Positions 1 to 8,134 of a DNA stretch of 64,000 bases are shown here, one piece after another. This DNA is from a candidate division WOR-1 bacterium RIFOXYB2_FULL_46_45 (GTDB lineage Bacteria; Margulisbacteria; WOR-1; XYC2-FULL-46-14): assembly GCA_001771585.1 (NCBI GenBank), contig MEUE01000001.1, forward strand, positions 21,062-85,061, written 5' to 3'. Made by a program: the position numbers and the translations under genes. The notes beneath the pieces were generated by a model. That model worked only from the letters and a program-made list of their open reading frames with translations. It searched no databases and was not told the origin of the DNA. Position 1 is the first letter of the stretch. Every line of letters begins with the position of its first letter.

Positions 1-445
1 AAAAATTGAATACGAAGAACGCCTGATCGATAATATGTGCATGCAGTTGGTCCAGAAACCGGAGCTTTATGATGTTTTGGCCCTGCCGAATCTTTATGGA
101 GATATAATTTCTGACTTATGCGCCGGTTTGATCGGAGGCTTAGGGATTGCCCCGGGGGCAAATATAGGGGAGGGGATGGCGGTCTTCGAGGCGGTACACG
201 GTTCCGCGCCAAAATACAAAGGAAAAAATGTCGTCAATCCGACCGCGATGATCTTGTCCGGAGTTTTGATGCTCGATTATCTGGGAGAAAAAGCGGCGGC
301 ACAGAAACTTGAATCCGCCGTTGCCGCCGTTATTGCCGAAGGGAAAGATGTAACCTACGATATGAAACCGCATCGGGACGACCCCAGTGCTGTTGGCACT
401 TCACAGATGGCGGACGCGATAATTGCCAAGGTCAAAAATGCCTAA
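1..445 (+). CDS. Isocitrate/isopropylmalate dehydrogenase family protein, C-terminal fragment (gene begins upstream of the window)
   Basis: The frame is open from nt 2 ([15 protein letters not shown]...). The motif [27 protein letters not shown] is the IDH/IMDH family signature. The stop lies at 443-445. A TCA-type malate dehydrogenase follows immediately. Confidence 0.8.
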   Translation, partial: KIEYEERLIDNMCMQLVQKPELYDVLALPNLYGDIISDLCAGLIGGLGIAPGANIGEGMAVFEAVHGSAPKYKGKNVVNPTAMILSGVLMLDYLGEKAAAQKLESAVAAVIAEGKDVTYDMKPHRDDPSAVGTSQMADAIIAKVKNA

Positions 446-1346
446 ACTTTCGGTCATCGGCGCCGGGAATGTCGGCGCGACCTGCGCTCAAAGATTGGTT
501 GAAAAGGACCTTGGGGACGTTGTTCTCGTTGATATAATAGAAGGGATCCCGCAGGGGAAGGCGCTTGATATCTACCAGTCGGCTTCGATTGAGGGCTTTT
601 CTTCCCAAATAACCGGGACCAATGACTTTTCGGAGATAAAAGATTCGGATGTCGTGGTGGTTACCGCCGGGCTGGCCCGAAAACCGGGGATGACCCGCGA
701 AGACCTGTTGCGTAAAAATGCCGCAATCATCACCGCAGTCTGCGAAAATATCAAAAAATACGCCCCTAACTCTATCATTATAATGGTATCTAATCCTCTG
801 GATGTCATGACCCAGCTGGCAATGAAAGTGACCGGCTTTGATCCGAAAAGGGTGGTGGGGATGGCGGGGATGCTTGATTCTGCCCGTTTATCCGCCTTTA
901 TCGCCATGGAAGCCGGATGCAAGCCGTCGGAGGTCTCCGCCATGATTTTGGGTTCGCACGGCGACTCAATGGTTACAATAAAAAGCCAAATCACGGTTAA
1001 AGGGAAGCTTTGGTCCAATGATAAACTTGATGCGCTGATCGAAAGAGCCAAAAACGGCGGGGCAGAGATCGTCGCGCATCTTAAAACCGGCTCGGCTTTT
1101 TATGCTCCTTCTTCCGGCGCGGCGTTTATGGTTGAGCAGATTATAAAAGATAAGAAAGATTTGATTCCTTGTACCTGCTACTTGACCGGACAGTACGGCT
1201 TATCTAATGTATATATAGGAGTTCCATGCAGGTTGGGGGAGAAGGGAATAGCAGAAATAGTCGAAATTGATCTTAATAATGATGAGCTGGCTACCCTTCA
1301 GAAATCCGCTAATATAGTAAGGCAAAACTTTGCTCTTCTCCTATAA
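438..1346 (+). CDS. mdh: Malate dehydrogenase, NAD-dependent (LDH/MDH family)
   Basis: The N-terminus [17 protein letters not shown] carries a Rossmann GxGxxG motif, and [19 protein letters not shown] is MDH-like. The ATG at 438 overlaps the upstream stop by a few nt. The ORF track starts at TTG 423, but the ATG gives the canonical N-terminus. Confidence 0.85.
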   Translation: MPKLSVIGAGNVGATCAQRLVEKDLGDVVLVDIIEGIPQGKALDIYQSASIEGFSSQITGTNDFSEIKDSDVVVVTAGLARKPGMTREDLLRKNAAIITAVCENIKKYAPNSIIIMVSNPLDVMTQLAMKVTGFDPKRVVGMAGMLDSARLSAFIAMEAGCKPSEVSAMILGSHGDSMVTIKSQITVKGKLWSNDKLDALIERAKNGGAEIVAHLKTGSAFYAPSSGAAFMVEQIIKDKKDLIPCTCYLTGQYGLSNVYIGVPCRLGEKGIAEIVEIDLNNDELATLQKSANIVRQNFALLL

Positions 1347-1455
1347 ACTCTAAATTCTAAACTCTAAACAAATTCTAATTACCGAAATCATAAATTCGAA
1401 ACTTAGAATTTTGAACGTTTGAACTTTAAATTTATTTAGAATTTAGGGTTTAGGA
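1345..1455. repeat. AT-rich cluster of short direct and inverted repeats (ctaaattctaaa / tttagaatttag) upstream of the groES promoter
   Basis: The left arm aactctaaattctaaactctaaac (1345-1368) pairs with the reverse complement of tttagaatttagggtttagg (1435-1454). The pentanucleotide ctaaa/tctaa recurs several times. Confidence 0.5.
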
Positions 1456-1471
1456 TTTGTATAAAGAACTA

Positions 1472-1501
1472 TTGACATCTAAAAAAGAAACATGCTACAA
1501 T
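1472..1501 (+). promoter_or_regulatory. Sigma-70-type promoter of groES-groEL (TTGACA, 18 nt spacer, TACAAT)
   Basis: TTGACA lies at 1472-1477 and TACAAT at 1496-1501 with an 18-nt spacer. An SD AGGAGGAGG sits at 1535-1543 and the groES ATG at 1556. Confidence 0.7.
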
Positions 1502-1527
1502 TAGCACTCAAGTTAGGTGAGTGCTAA
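1501..1527 (+). promoter_or_regulatory. CIRCE operator (HrcA-binding inverted repeat), a perfect consensus TTAGCACTC-N9-GAGTGCTAA
   Basis: TTAGCACTC aagttaggt GAGTGCTAA is read directly, overlaps the -10 element and lies directly upstream of groES. Confidence 0.92.
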
Positions 1528-1555
1528 CAATTTCAGGAGGAGGTGAAAGTAAAAT

Positions 1556-1846
1556 ATGGCAAAAAAGATGACACCATTGGGAGACAGGGTTCTGGTAAAG
1601 CCGGCGCCGTCGGAGGAAAAGACCAAATCGGGGATCGTTCTTCCCGACTCCGCTAAGGAAAAGCCGCAAGAAGGGACCATCGTCGCGGTTGGGTCCGGTC
1701 GGGTTTTGGACAACGGACAAAAGGTTCCTTTGGAGGTAAAAGTCGGTGACACCGTCATTTATTCCAAATACGGCGGGACCGAAATCAAATTGGACGGAGA
1801 AGAATTCATTATTCTCCAAGAGAGAGACATCTTGGCGATAAAATAA
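1556..1846 (+). CDS. groES: Co-chaperonin GroES
   Basis: The 96-aa product starts [16 protein letters not shown], a GroES signature, and precedes groEL by 16 nt. Confidence 0.95.
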   Translation: MAKKMTPLGDRVLVKPAPSEEKTKSGIVLPDSAKEKPQEGTIVAVGSGRVLDNGQKVPLEVKVGDTVIYSKYGGTEIKLDGEEFIILQERDILAIK

Positions 1847-1862
1847 GGAGGCGATATATAAA

Positions 1863-3527
1863 ATGGCATCAAAAGAATTGCTTTTTGGCGACGACGCGTG
1901 GCGCGCCGTTGAAAAGGGCGTGACCAAAGTCGCGGAAGCAGTAAAAATTACGCTTGGACCTCGCGGGAGGAATGTCGTAATCGAGAAAAAATGGGGATCA
2001 CCGACGATTACCAACGACGGGGTTACCATAGCGAAAGAGATTGACCTTGAAAATCCGTTTGAAAATATGGGGGCACAGCTTTTAAAAGAGGTCGCTTCCA
2101 AGACCAACGATATCGCGGGAGACGGGACCACCACCGCAACTTTGCTTGGTCAGATTATTTTTAAAGAGGGCTTAAAGGCCGTCGTTTCCGGGATCAACCC
2201 GATGGCGCTCAAGCGCGGGATCAACATGGCGGTTGAAAAGGCCGTTTCGGAACTGAAGAAACAGTCCCGCCCGGTTGAAGATAAGGAAGCGATCGCCCAG
2301 GTTGCTTCCATTTCGGCCAACAACGATCCGGAGATCGGGAACCTGATCGCCGACGCGATGGAAAAAGTCGGGAAAGACGGGGTCATCACCGTTGAAGAAT
2401 CAAAGGGGATTGAAACCTCTCTTGACGTGGTTGAAGGGATGCAGTTTGACAAGGGCTACGCTTCTCCCTACATGGTCACCGACCGTGAACGGATGGAATG
2501 CGTCCTTGAAGACTGCTTCATGCTGATCACCGACAAGAAAATTTCGGCGATCAAAGACCTGCTTCCCGCTTTGGAGAAGACGGTCCAGCTGAGCAAGCCC
2601 CTGCTCATCATTGCCGATGAGATCGAGGGTGAAGCTTTGGCGACAATCGTGGTCAACAAGATCCGCGGGACATTAAACTGCGTAGCGGTTAAGGCCCCCG
2701 GGTTCGGAGACCGCAGGAAAGCCATGCTTGAAGATATCGCTATTTTGACCGGCGGCGAAGTCATCTCGGAAGACAAGGGCTTGACCCTTGAAAATATCCA
2801 GGACGGCTGGTTCGGCAAGGCCAAAAAGATCGTAGTGAGAAAAGAAGACACCACGATCATTGAAGGTGCCGGAACGCAAAGGGCGATCAAAGACCGCGTT
2901 GCACAGATAAAGAAGGAGATCGAGCAATCGGATTCTTCTTACGACAAAGAGAAACTGCAGGAGCGGCTGGCAAAGCTCTCCGGCGGGGTCGCGATCGTTA
3001 AGGCGGGAGCTCCTACCGAAACCGAGCTGAAAGAAAAGAAACATCGCATTGAAGATGCCTTGTCGGCCACCAGGGCCGCGGTTGAAGAGGGGATCATTGC
3101 CGGCGGAGGATCATCGTTTATGCACATCCTTTCGGCTCTCGAAAAGTTTGAAAAAGAGACTTTAGGGGACGAGAAGGTTGGGGTTAGCATTATCCGCAAG
3201 GCGCTCGAAGAGCCGTTGAAGCAAATCGCGCGCAATGCCGGATTCGAAGGTTCGGTGGTAGCGGAAAGGGTTAAAAAAGAGAAAGAGGGTTACGGTTTCA
3301 ACGCCCAGACATTCGATTATACCGATATGTTTAAGGCGGGGATCGTCGATCCGCTCAAAGTTACCCGCTCCGCGCTGCAGAACGCGGCTTCAATCGCTTC
3401 GATGTTGTTGACAACCGAAGTGCTGGTTGCCGAAAAGCCGGAACCGGATAAGGGGATGCCTCAAATGCCGGGCGGCGGCGGAATGGGCGGCATGGGTGGA
3501 ATGGGCGGTATGGGCGGCATGATGTAG
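1863..3527 (+). CDS. groEL: Chaperonin GroEL (60 kDa)
   Basis: The 554-aa product has DGTTTATLL and a C-terminal [13 protein letters not shown] tail. An SD AGGAGG lies upstream. Confidence 0.97.
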   Translation: MASKELLFGDDAWRAVEKGVTKVAEAVKITLGPRGRNVVIEKKWGSPTITNDGVTIAKEIDLENPFENMGAQLLKEVASKTNDIAGDGTTTATLLGQIIFKEGLKAVVSGINPMALKRGINMAVEKAVSELKKQSRPVEDKEAIAQVASISANNDPEIGNLIADAMEKVGKDGVITVEESKGIETSLDVVEGMQFDKGYASPYMVTDRERMECVLEDCFMLITDKKISAIKDLLPALEKTVQLSKPLLIIADEIEGEALATIVVNKIRGTLNCVAVKAPGFGDRRKAMLEDIAILTGGEVISEDKGLTLENIQDGWFGKAKKIVVRKEDTTIIEGAGTQRAIKDRVAQIKKEIEQSDSSYDKEKLQERLAKLSGGVAIVKAGAPTETELKEKKHRIEDALSATRAAVEEGIIAGGGSSFMHILSALEKFEKETLGDEKVGVSIIRKALEEPLKQIARNAGFEGSVVAERVKKEKEGYGFNAQTFDYTDMFKAGIVDPLKVTRSALQNAASIASMLLTTEVLVAEKPEPDKGMPQMPGGGGMGGMGGMGGMGGMM

Positions 3528-3573
3528 TCCTTCGCTCCTTCGGAGCTTCGGACTATTTAGTCTAGAATTGGAA

Positions 3574-3608
3574 GAGAGGCCAGACGCAAGTTTGGCCTCT
3601 CTTTTTTG
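3574..3608 (+). terminator. Rho-independent terminator after groEL
   Basis: The stem agagaggccagac / gtttggcctctc has a gcaa loop and is followed by TTTTTT. Confidence 0.75.
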
Positions 3609-3642
3609 TGAAATTTTTGCTAAAATCTAACGATAAATATAC

Positions 3643-5685
3643 ATGGTAAGAATTGTTCAGGCTTCCGCAGGGTTGTTTAGGCATCGTTTGGGCGTACACA
3701 GACAAATAGTCGGTTCTAATCAGAGTTCCGCATTGAGCCAACCGCTCAGCTCCTTTCTTTCAACCTATGGAACAATGTTGCTGCTTTCTCCTCTTTGTGT
3801 TTTGGGGTTATTTGGTGTAACCGGAACAGCATCAAAAGGGCGCCCCGAAAGGTTTGAAATAAGGGGACAAAGCATTTTTCCCAAATATGCCATGGGAAGA
3901 GTCTTGGTGATAAAGGAAGAAAATGATCTTAGCAGTTTTCCTTGTAGGATTGGTTTGAGCGATGAAGAAGTTGAAGCTAAAACGGCAAGATTACAAAGGG
4001 TTTTTGAAAGAGTCGGCCAAGCATTAACGGATATAGCAGGGATAACCGGAGAATTGAGCGGTCTTGAGGGGATATTTGGGGAAATGCGGGAGTTTTTACT
4101 CGATCATATGCGAGAACAAAAAACAAATCTTGCTTCGGCCATTAACGCTTTTCTTGATACAGAAGCATGTATCGCGCTAAAGAACAGTTCCGATGCAAAA
4201 TTCAGTTCTATCTACCAGGACATCGTAAGATTGGGGTTAAAATTATTAAATATATACCGCGGGAATTTTTTTGATGTCCAAGAAGAAATAAGTAAATATA
4301 AAAGACGGGACATCATAATTGCGGCCGAAGATATTTGCCCGTCTGACTTAGCGGCATTATGCGGTACGGACAGCGTAAAAGGAGTCTTGCGCAAAACTGG
4401 AAATCTCATGGACCACAACAGCATCGGCATAAGAAACAAAGGATGCGCGGGAATGGTTTCATTGGAAAAAGGATTTGGGAATATACGTTCGGATAATTAC
4501 GTGATCATTGACGGGCACCGGCAATTTATCATTGTCAATCCGACCAGAGCAGAAATCAAAAAATACCGGGCCTTGATTGACAAACAAAATCAAATAGAAA
4601 AAATGACGGCAAAAACAAGAAATAGGCCGGCTAAAACAAAAGAGGAAGTTACCATTGACCTTTACGGAAACGTTATGCAGGAAGAAGACCTGCCCCTGCT
4701 CAGGCAAAAAAAAGCGGTCGGAATCGGGCTGGTGCGCACCGAGGCTTTCATTGCAAAAGACAGAGGAGAGAGTCGCCCTTCTCCGCCCACAAAAGAAGAT
4801 CAAGCCGTTTATTATGAAGACATCGTTTATGCTTCTCCGGGATCGGTAACATTTAGAACGGTTGACGTGTCCAAAGATAAACAGCTTCCTTTTGTAATCC
4901 CCTTATCCGAAAACAATCTTTCCGATCCCAGAAAAATAGGGATTGGGGCTTGTTTGGATATGAGCAGTCCGTATTATTCCATTTTTAGAGATCAATTGGC
5001 CGCATTGCTTGGATTAGATTTTAGAAATAAGACAATTAAAATAATGTTCCCTTTGGTTCTTGAACCGCGGCAGTTAGAAAAAGCCATGGGAATGGTTTCA
5101 GATATTATAGGGAATAATCCCAAGAAAAAAGAACGTTTCGCTTTCGGAATTATGGTTGAACACCCCGAAACAGTCGCCAACTTACCCCAATTTTTAGAAA
5201 ATCCGGATTTGCAATTTATAAGCGTTGGGACCAACGACCTAACACAATATTCTACCAAGGTCAGCCGATATTCGGAAGAAAAAACGGCAAACGAGCTTGA
5301 TCCAAGACATTTAAAACAACTTGCCCATATCTATGATCATGTAAAAACAGCAAACGAAAAAAGAAGAGAGCGGGAATTTTCAGAAATCGACCTCTCCTGT
5401 TGCGGAGACATGGGAAATACCTATTATGGCTTTTTAACGCTTTTAGCCTATGGGATCAGGAAAATAAGCATAGCAACTCCATTTATTGACGCGGCAAGGT
5501 TTATTGTGCAAAACATTGTTTTTTCCGATTTGGCGATTTTAAGGTCAAGATTGCAAGACGCGACAACCCCTGAGATGGCAAGATGGCTTATCGATAAATT
5601 TATTGAAGAAAAAATTGAGGATGGCAGTTGGGATGGCGGGCTAAAAAAACTATTCGGACATTTAAAAAGCGGAGTTGCCACTTAA
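3643..5685 (+). CDS. PEP-utilizing enzyme family protein, PtsI (enzyme I)-like, divergent with a long N-terminal extension
   Basis: Alignable motifs are MDHNSI (~ PtsI TSHTSI phospho-His), NYVIIDGHRQFIIVNPT (~ DYLILDAVNNQVYVNPT), GIGLVRTEAF (~ GVGLYRTEFLF), ISVGTNDLTQYS (~ FSIGTNDLTQYT) and CCGDMG (~ MCGELAG). The start is uncertain: internal Met codons at 3775 and 3892 are possible. Confidence 0.65.
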   Translation: MVRIVQASAGLFRHRLGVHRQIVGSNQSSALSQPLSSFLSTYGTMLLLSPLCVLGLFGVTGTASKGRPERFEIRGQSIFPKYAMGRVLVIKEENDLSSFPCRIGLSDEEVEAKTARLQRVFERVGQALTDIAGITGELSGLEGIFGEMREFLLDHMREQKTNLASAINAFLDTEACIALKNSSDAKFSSIYQDIVRLGLKLLNIYRGNFFDVQEEISKYKRRDIIIAAEDICPSDLAALCGTDSVKGVLRKTGNLMDHNSIGIRNKGCAGMVSLEKGFGNIRSDNYVIIDGHRQFIIVNPTRAEIKKYRALIDKQNQIEKMTAKTRNRPAKTKEEVTIDLYGNVMQEEDLPLLRQKKAVGIGLVRTEAFIAKDRGESRPSPPTKEDQAVYYEDIVYASPGSVTFRTVDVSKDKQLPFVIPLSENNLSDPRKIGIGACLDMSSPYYSIFRDQLAALLGLDFRNKTIKIMFPLVLEPRQLEKAMGMVSDIIGNNPKKKERFAFGIMVEHPETVANLPQFLENPDLQFISVGTNDLTQYSTKVSRYSEEKTANELDPRHLKQLAHIYDHVKTANEKRREREFSEIDLSCCGDMGNTYYGFLTLLAYGIRKISIATPFIDAARFIVQNIVFSDLAILRSRLQDATTPEMARWLIDKFIEEKIEDGSWDGGLKKLFGHLKSGVAT

Positions 5686-7002
5686 TTGTTTTAGCGGAAA
5701 AACATTCCCAATATTCAAAATTAACCCCGGATCAAACCCTTTCTTAATTTGGATCATTCCGGCAATCCCGGAATCGCCGTACATTTCCCTTAAGTAATCG
5801 TGCTTAATTTTGCCGATCCCGTGTTCGGCGGAGACGGTCCCGCCAAGAGAGACCGCTTTTTTGACAAATTTCATGATGAGCTCTTTTGCCAACGGAATAT
5901 CCGCCTGTGTTCTTGGGACCAGATTGACATGCAGATGGCTCTGCCCAATGTGTCCAAACTTGACATAAAACAGTTGTAAGTCGTAAGTACTAAGTACTAA
6001 GTTGTAAAAAGCAAACATCTCACGGAATTTTGAATCCGGGACAGCTATATCTGATGCGAATTTGACGGTGTGGTGTTTCTTGAATTCCTCATTGATATGT
6101 TCCGGCATCGAGTGGCGGAATTCCCACAGTTCTTCTTTCTGCTTTTCATTCATCCCCACCCAGGTCTCCCCCTCAAGCTCCAAATAGTTGTCGTCAACAA
6201 TTTTTTGTTCAAAATAAATCGCGCACTTTTTCCCTTTGCCGAGCAATTCAATCGAATTAAAATCAAAATACTCAATCATCAAAATATCTTCTCGCTCTCT
6301 CAGTTTTTCGGTAAGGTCTATCGCTGCCTCTTCTGAATCCAAAAAAACAATACAGTCAAAAGTGTTTTCGATCCGATCAATCAGGTTTACTTCAATTTCA
6401 GAAACAATCCCCAAGGTCCCTTCGCTTCCGATAAAAAGGTCAATCTGTTCCATATCCGGCGTGGAATAGTAGCCGGCCGAACTTTTCAGCCTTGGCAGTT
6501 CAAGCGGGCGGCTTCGGGTTAAGCTTAGAATTTCTCCGGTGCTTAAGATGACTTTTAACCGTTTAATGTGGTTTCTGGTCGGGCCCATGCGTAAGCTCCG
6601 CGCACCGGAGGCGTTGGTCGCCACATTCCCGCCCAGATATGCGCTCTTTTCGGTCGGATCGGGGGCATACATTAAGCCCTCTTTTTTTAAGGCGTTATCA
6701 AGCTGGTCCAAGCTCACTCCCGGCTGTATTAACGCCGTTTTGGCCTTTTTATCGATAGCTATTATTTGATTGAGTTTCTCGGTCGATAAGACCCAGCCGC
6801 CAAAGGGGATCCTCCCGCCGGTGGTCCCGGTCCCGGCACCGGAGATCGTCAGCGGGGTCTTTTTTGAAGAGCATTCTTTGACTGCTTCAAGGATTTCTTT
6901 GTCGTTTTCGGGGAGATAAGCCCCCTCCGCGTATCCTCCCTGCAAGTTTGAGCTGTCTTCCAAATATCCTTTGATCATGTCAGGATCGGTTTTTCTTAGC
7001 AT
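5662..7002 (-). CDS. FAD-linked oxidase (GlcD / D-lactate dehydrogenase family)
   Basis: TPLTISGAGTGTTGG is the FAD PCMH motif and VSAEHGIGKIKHDYL is a GlcD-type C-terminus. The 446-aa gene is convergent with the PtsI-like gene and overlaps its 3' end by 24 nt. Confidence 0.75.
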   Translation of the reverse strand: MLRKTDPDMIKGYLEDSSNLQGGYAEGAYLPENDKEILEAVKECSSKKTPLTISGAGTGTTGGRIPFGGWVLSTEKLNQIIAIDKKAKTALIQPGVSLDQLDNALKKEGLMYAPDPTEKSAYLGGNVATNASGARSLRMGPTRNHIKRLKVILSTGEILSLTRSRPLELPRLKSSAGYYSTPDMEQIDLFIGSEGTLGIVSEIEVNLIDRIENTFDCIVFLDSEEAAIDLTEKLREREDILMIEYFDFNSIELLGKGKKCAIYFEQKIVDDNYLELEGETWVGMNEKQKEELWEFRHSMPEHINEEFKKHHTVKFASDIAVPDSKFREMFAFYNLVLSTYDLQLFYVKFGHIGQSHLHVNLVPRTQADIPLAKELIMKFVKKAVSLGGTVSAEHGIGKIKHDYLREMYGDSGIAGMIQIKKGFDPGLILNIGNVFPLKQLSGNSAF

Positions 7003-7015
7003 AGTTCCATTATAG

Positions 7016-7046
7016 CTTGCCTATTGGCTTGTGCAAATGGTATAAT
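7016..7046 (+). promoter_or_regulatory. Candidate promoter for nusA (TTGCCT ... TGgTATAAT extended -10)
   Basis: TGGTATAAT lies at 7038-7046 and a TTGCCT -35-like element about 19 nt upstream. A gggagg/cctccc hairpin at ~7118-7137 lies between it and the nusA ATG. Confidence 0.3.
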
Positions 7047-7144
7047 TACACTATAATAAGCAACGAATAGGCTCGAACAAAAAAGTGGGAAAAACCCACT
7101 TTTGTCTTTAGAGGTAGGGAGGGGCAATATCCTCCCAAATAAAA

Positions 7145-8134
7145 ATGAAGATACAAAAATTTAAAGAGATGCTCAAACAGATCCAGGAGGAGCGCAATAT
7201 CAATAAAGAAGATATTGTCTCCGCTCTGCAGGAGGCCCTTTTACTCGCCGCCCGCAAGCGTTTTCCCGACAAAGAGACTGTCGAGGTCAAATTAAGCGAA
7301 GAAGGGGAGGCGCAGATCTATGACCAGGGTATTGATATCACCCCCTCTGATTTTGGGCGGCTGGCAGCCCAAACCGCCAAGCAGGTAATTTTACAAAGGA
7401 TCCGCGAAGCGGAAAAAGACGGTATTTTTAAAGAATACCAGGAAAAAGTCGGACAATTAATCAACGGAACGGTCCAGCGCCGGGAACCCTACGGCTATAT
7501 GATCAACATCGGAAGGATTGAGACCTTTCTCTCTTTTGAAGAGGCGATCCCGGGTGAAATTTTTAAGCCGCATGAAAGGGTTCGGGTCATCATCCTTGAC
7601 GTCAAAAAATCTCCCAAAGGGCCGGTAGTCATCGTCTCCCGCGCCCATCCCAATTTTATAAAACTCCTTTTTGAAATGGAAGTCCCCGAAATACAGGACA
7701 AGATCCTTGAGATCAAGGGGATTGCCAGGGAACCGGGACGCAGGACCAAGATTGCGCTGGTCTCTTCCGATCCGAATGTCGGGGTGGTTGGTACCTGTGT
7801 TGGACAGATGGGGGGGAGGATCCAGAATATCACCAGGGAAATCAACGGAGAGAGGATCGATATCATAGAATGGTCGGATAATCCCAAAAAGTTTATTTCT
7901 TCGGCTCTCTCTCCCGCCAAATCGGTCGGGATTGAAATAAACGAAGAAGCAAAATCGGCCCGGGTTATCTTTGATCCGTCGGAGCTGTCGCTTGCGATCG
8001 GGAAAGAGGGACAAAATGTCCGGTTGGCCGCGCGGCTGACCGGTTATAGAATAGATATTATCTCGAAAGAAGAGAGCAAGAAAGAGGAAATCAAAAAAGA
8101 TGGCGAAAAAAGCACCGACAAAGAAAACGCTTAG
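7145..8134 (+). CDS. nusA: Transcription termination/antitermination factor NusA (short form, no C-terminal AR repeats)
   Basis: KEDIVSALQEALLLAARKRF is the NusA N-domain. S1 and KH regions are present (GIAREPGRRTKIAL, GTCVGQMGGRIQNI). The protein is 329 aa. Confidence 0.92.
   Translation: MKIQKFKEMLKQIQEERNINKEDIVSALQEALLLAARKRFPDKETVEVKLSEEGEAQIYDQGIDITPSDFGRLAAQTAKQVILQRIREAEKDGIFKEYQEKVGQLINGTVQRREPYGYMINIGRIETFLSFEEAIPGEIFKPHERVRVIILDVKKSPKGPVVIVSRAHPNFIKLLFEMEVPEIQDKILEIKGIAREPGRRTKIALVSSDPNVGVVGTCVGQMGGRIQNITREINGERIDIIEWSDNPKKFISSALSPAKSVGIEINEEAKSARVIFDPSELSLAIGKEGQNVRLAARLTGYRIDIISKEESKKEEIKKDGEKSTDKENA

Noticed and set aside
572-1051. Long antisense ORFs in the six-frame track overlapping mdh, groEL, infB, secA and other genes (for example 572-1051 minus, 1508-2134 minus, 2468-2890 minus, 8303-8758 minus)
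   Set aside because: They lie entirely inside well-supported genes on the opposite strand or in a shifted frame. Their products have low-complexity composition and lack starts with an RBS. They are shadow ORFs typical of moderate-GC DNA.
3469-3527. GGM-encoding ggcggcatgggtggaatg tandem repeat at the groEL 3' end
   Set aside because: This is the normal GroEL C-terminal (GGM)n tail and is not an anomaly.
3643-5685. Possibility that the PtsI-like protein is a pseudo-enzyme lacking the phospho-acceptor His
   Set aside because: Careful alignment places MDHNSI opposite the PtsI TSHTSI motif (His retained), and the Cys of the PEP-binding domain is also present. The catalytic residues therefore appear intact.
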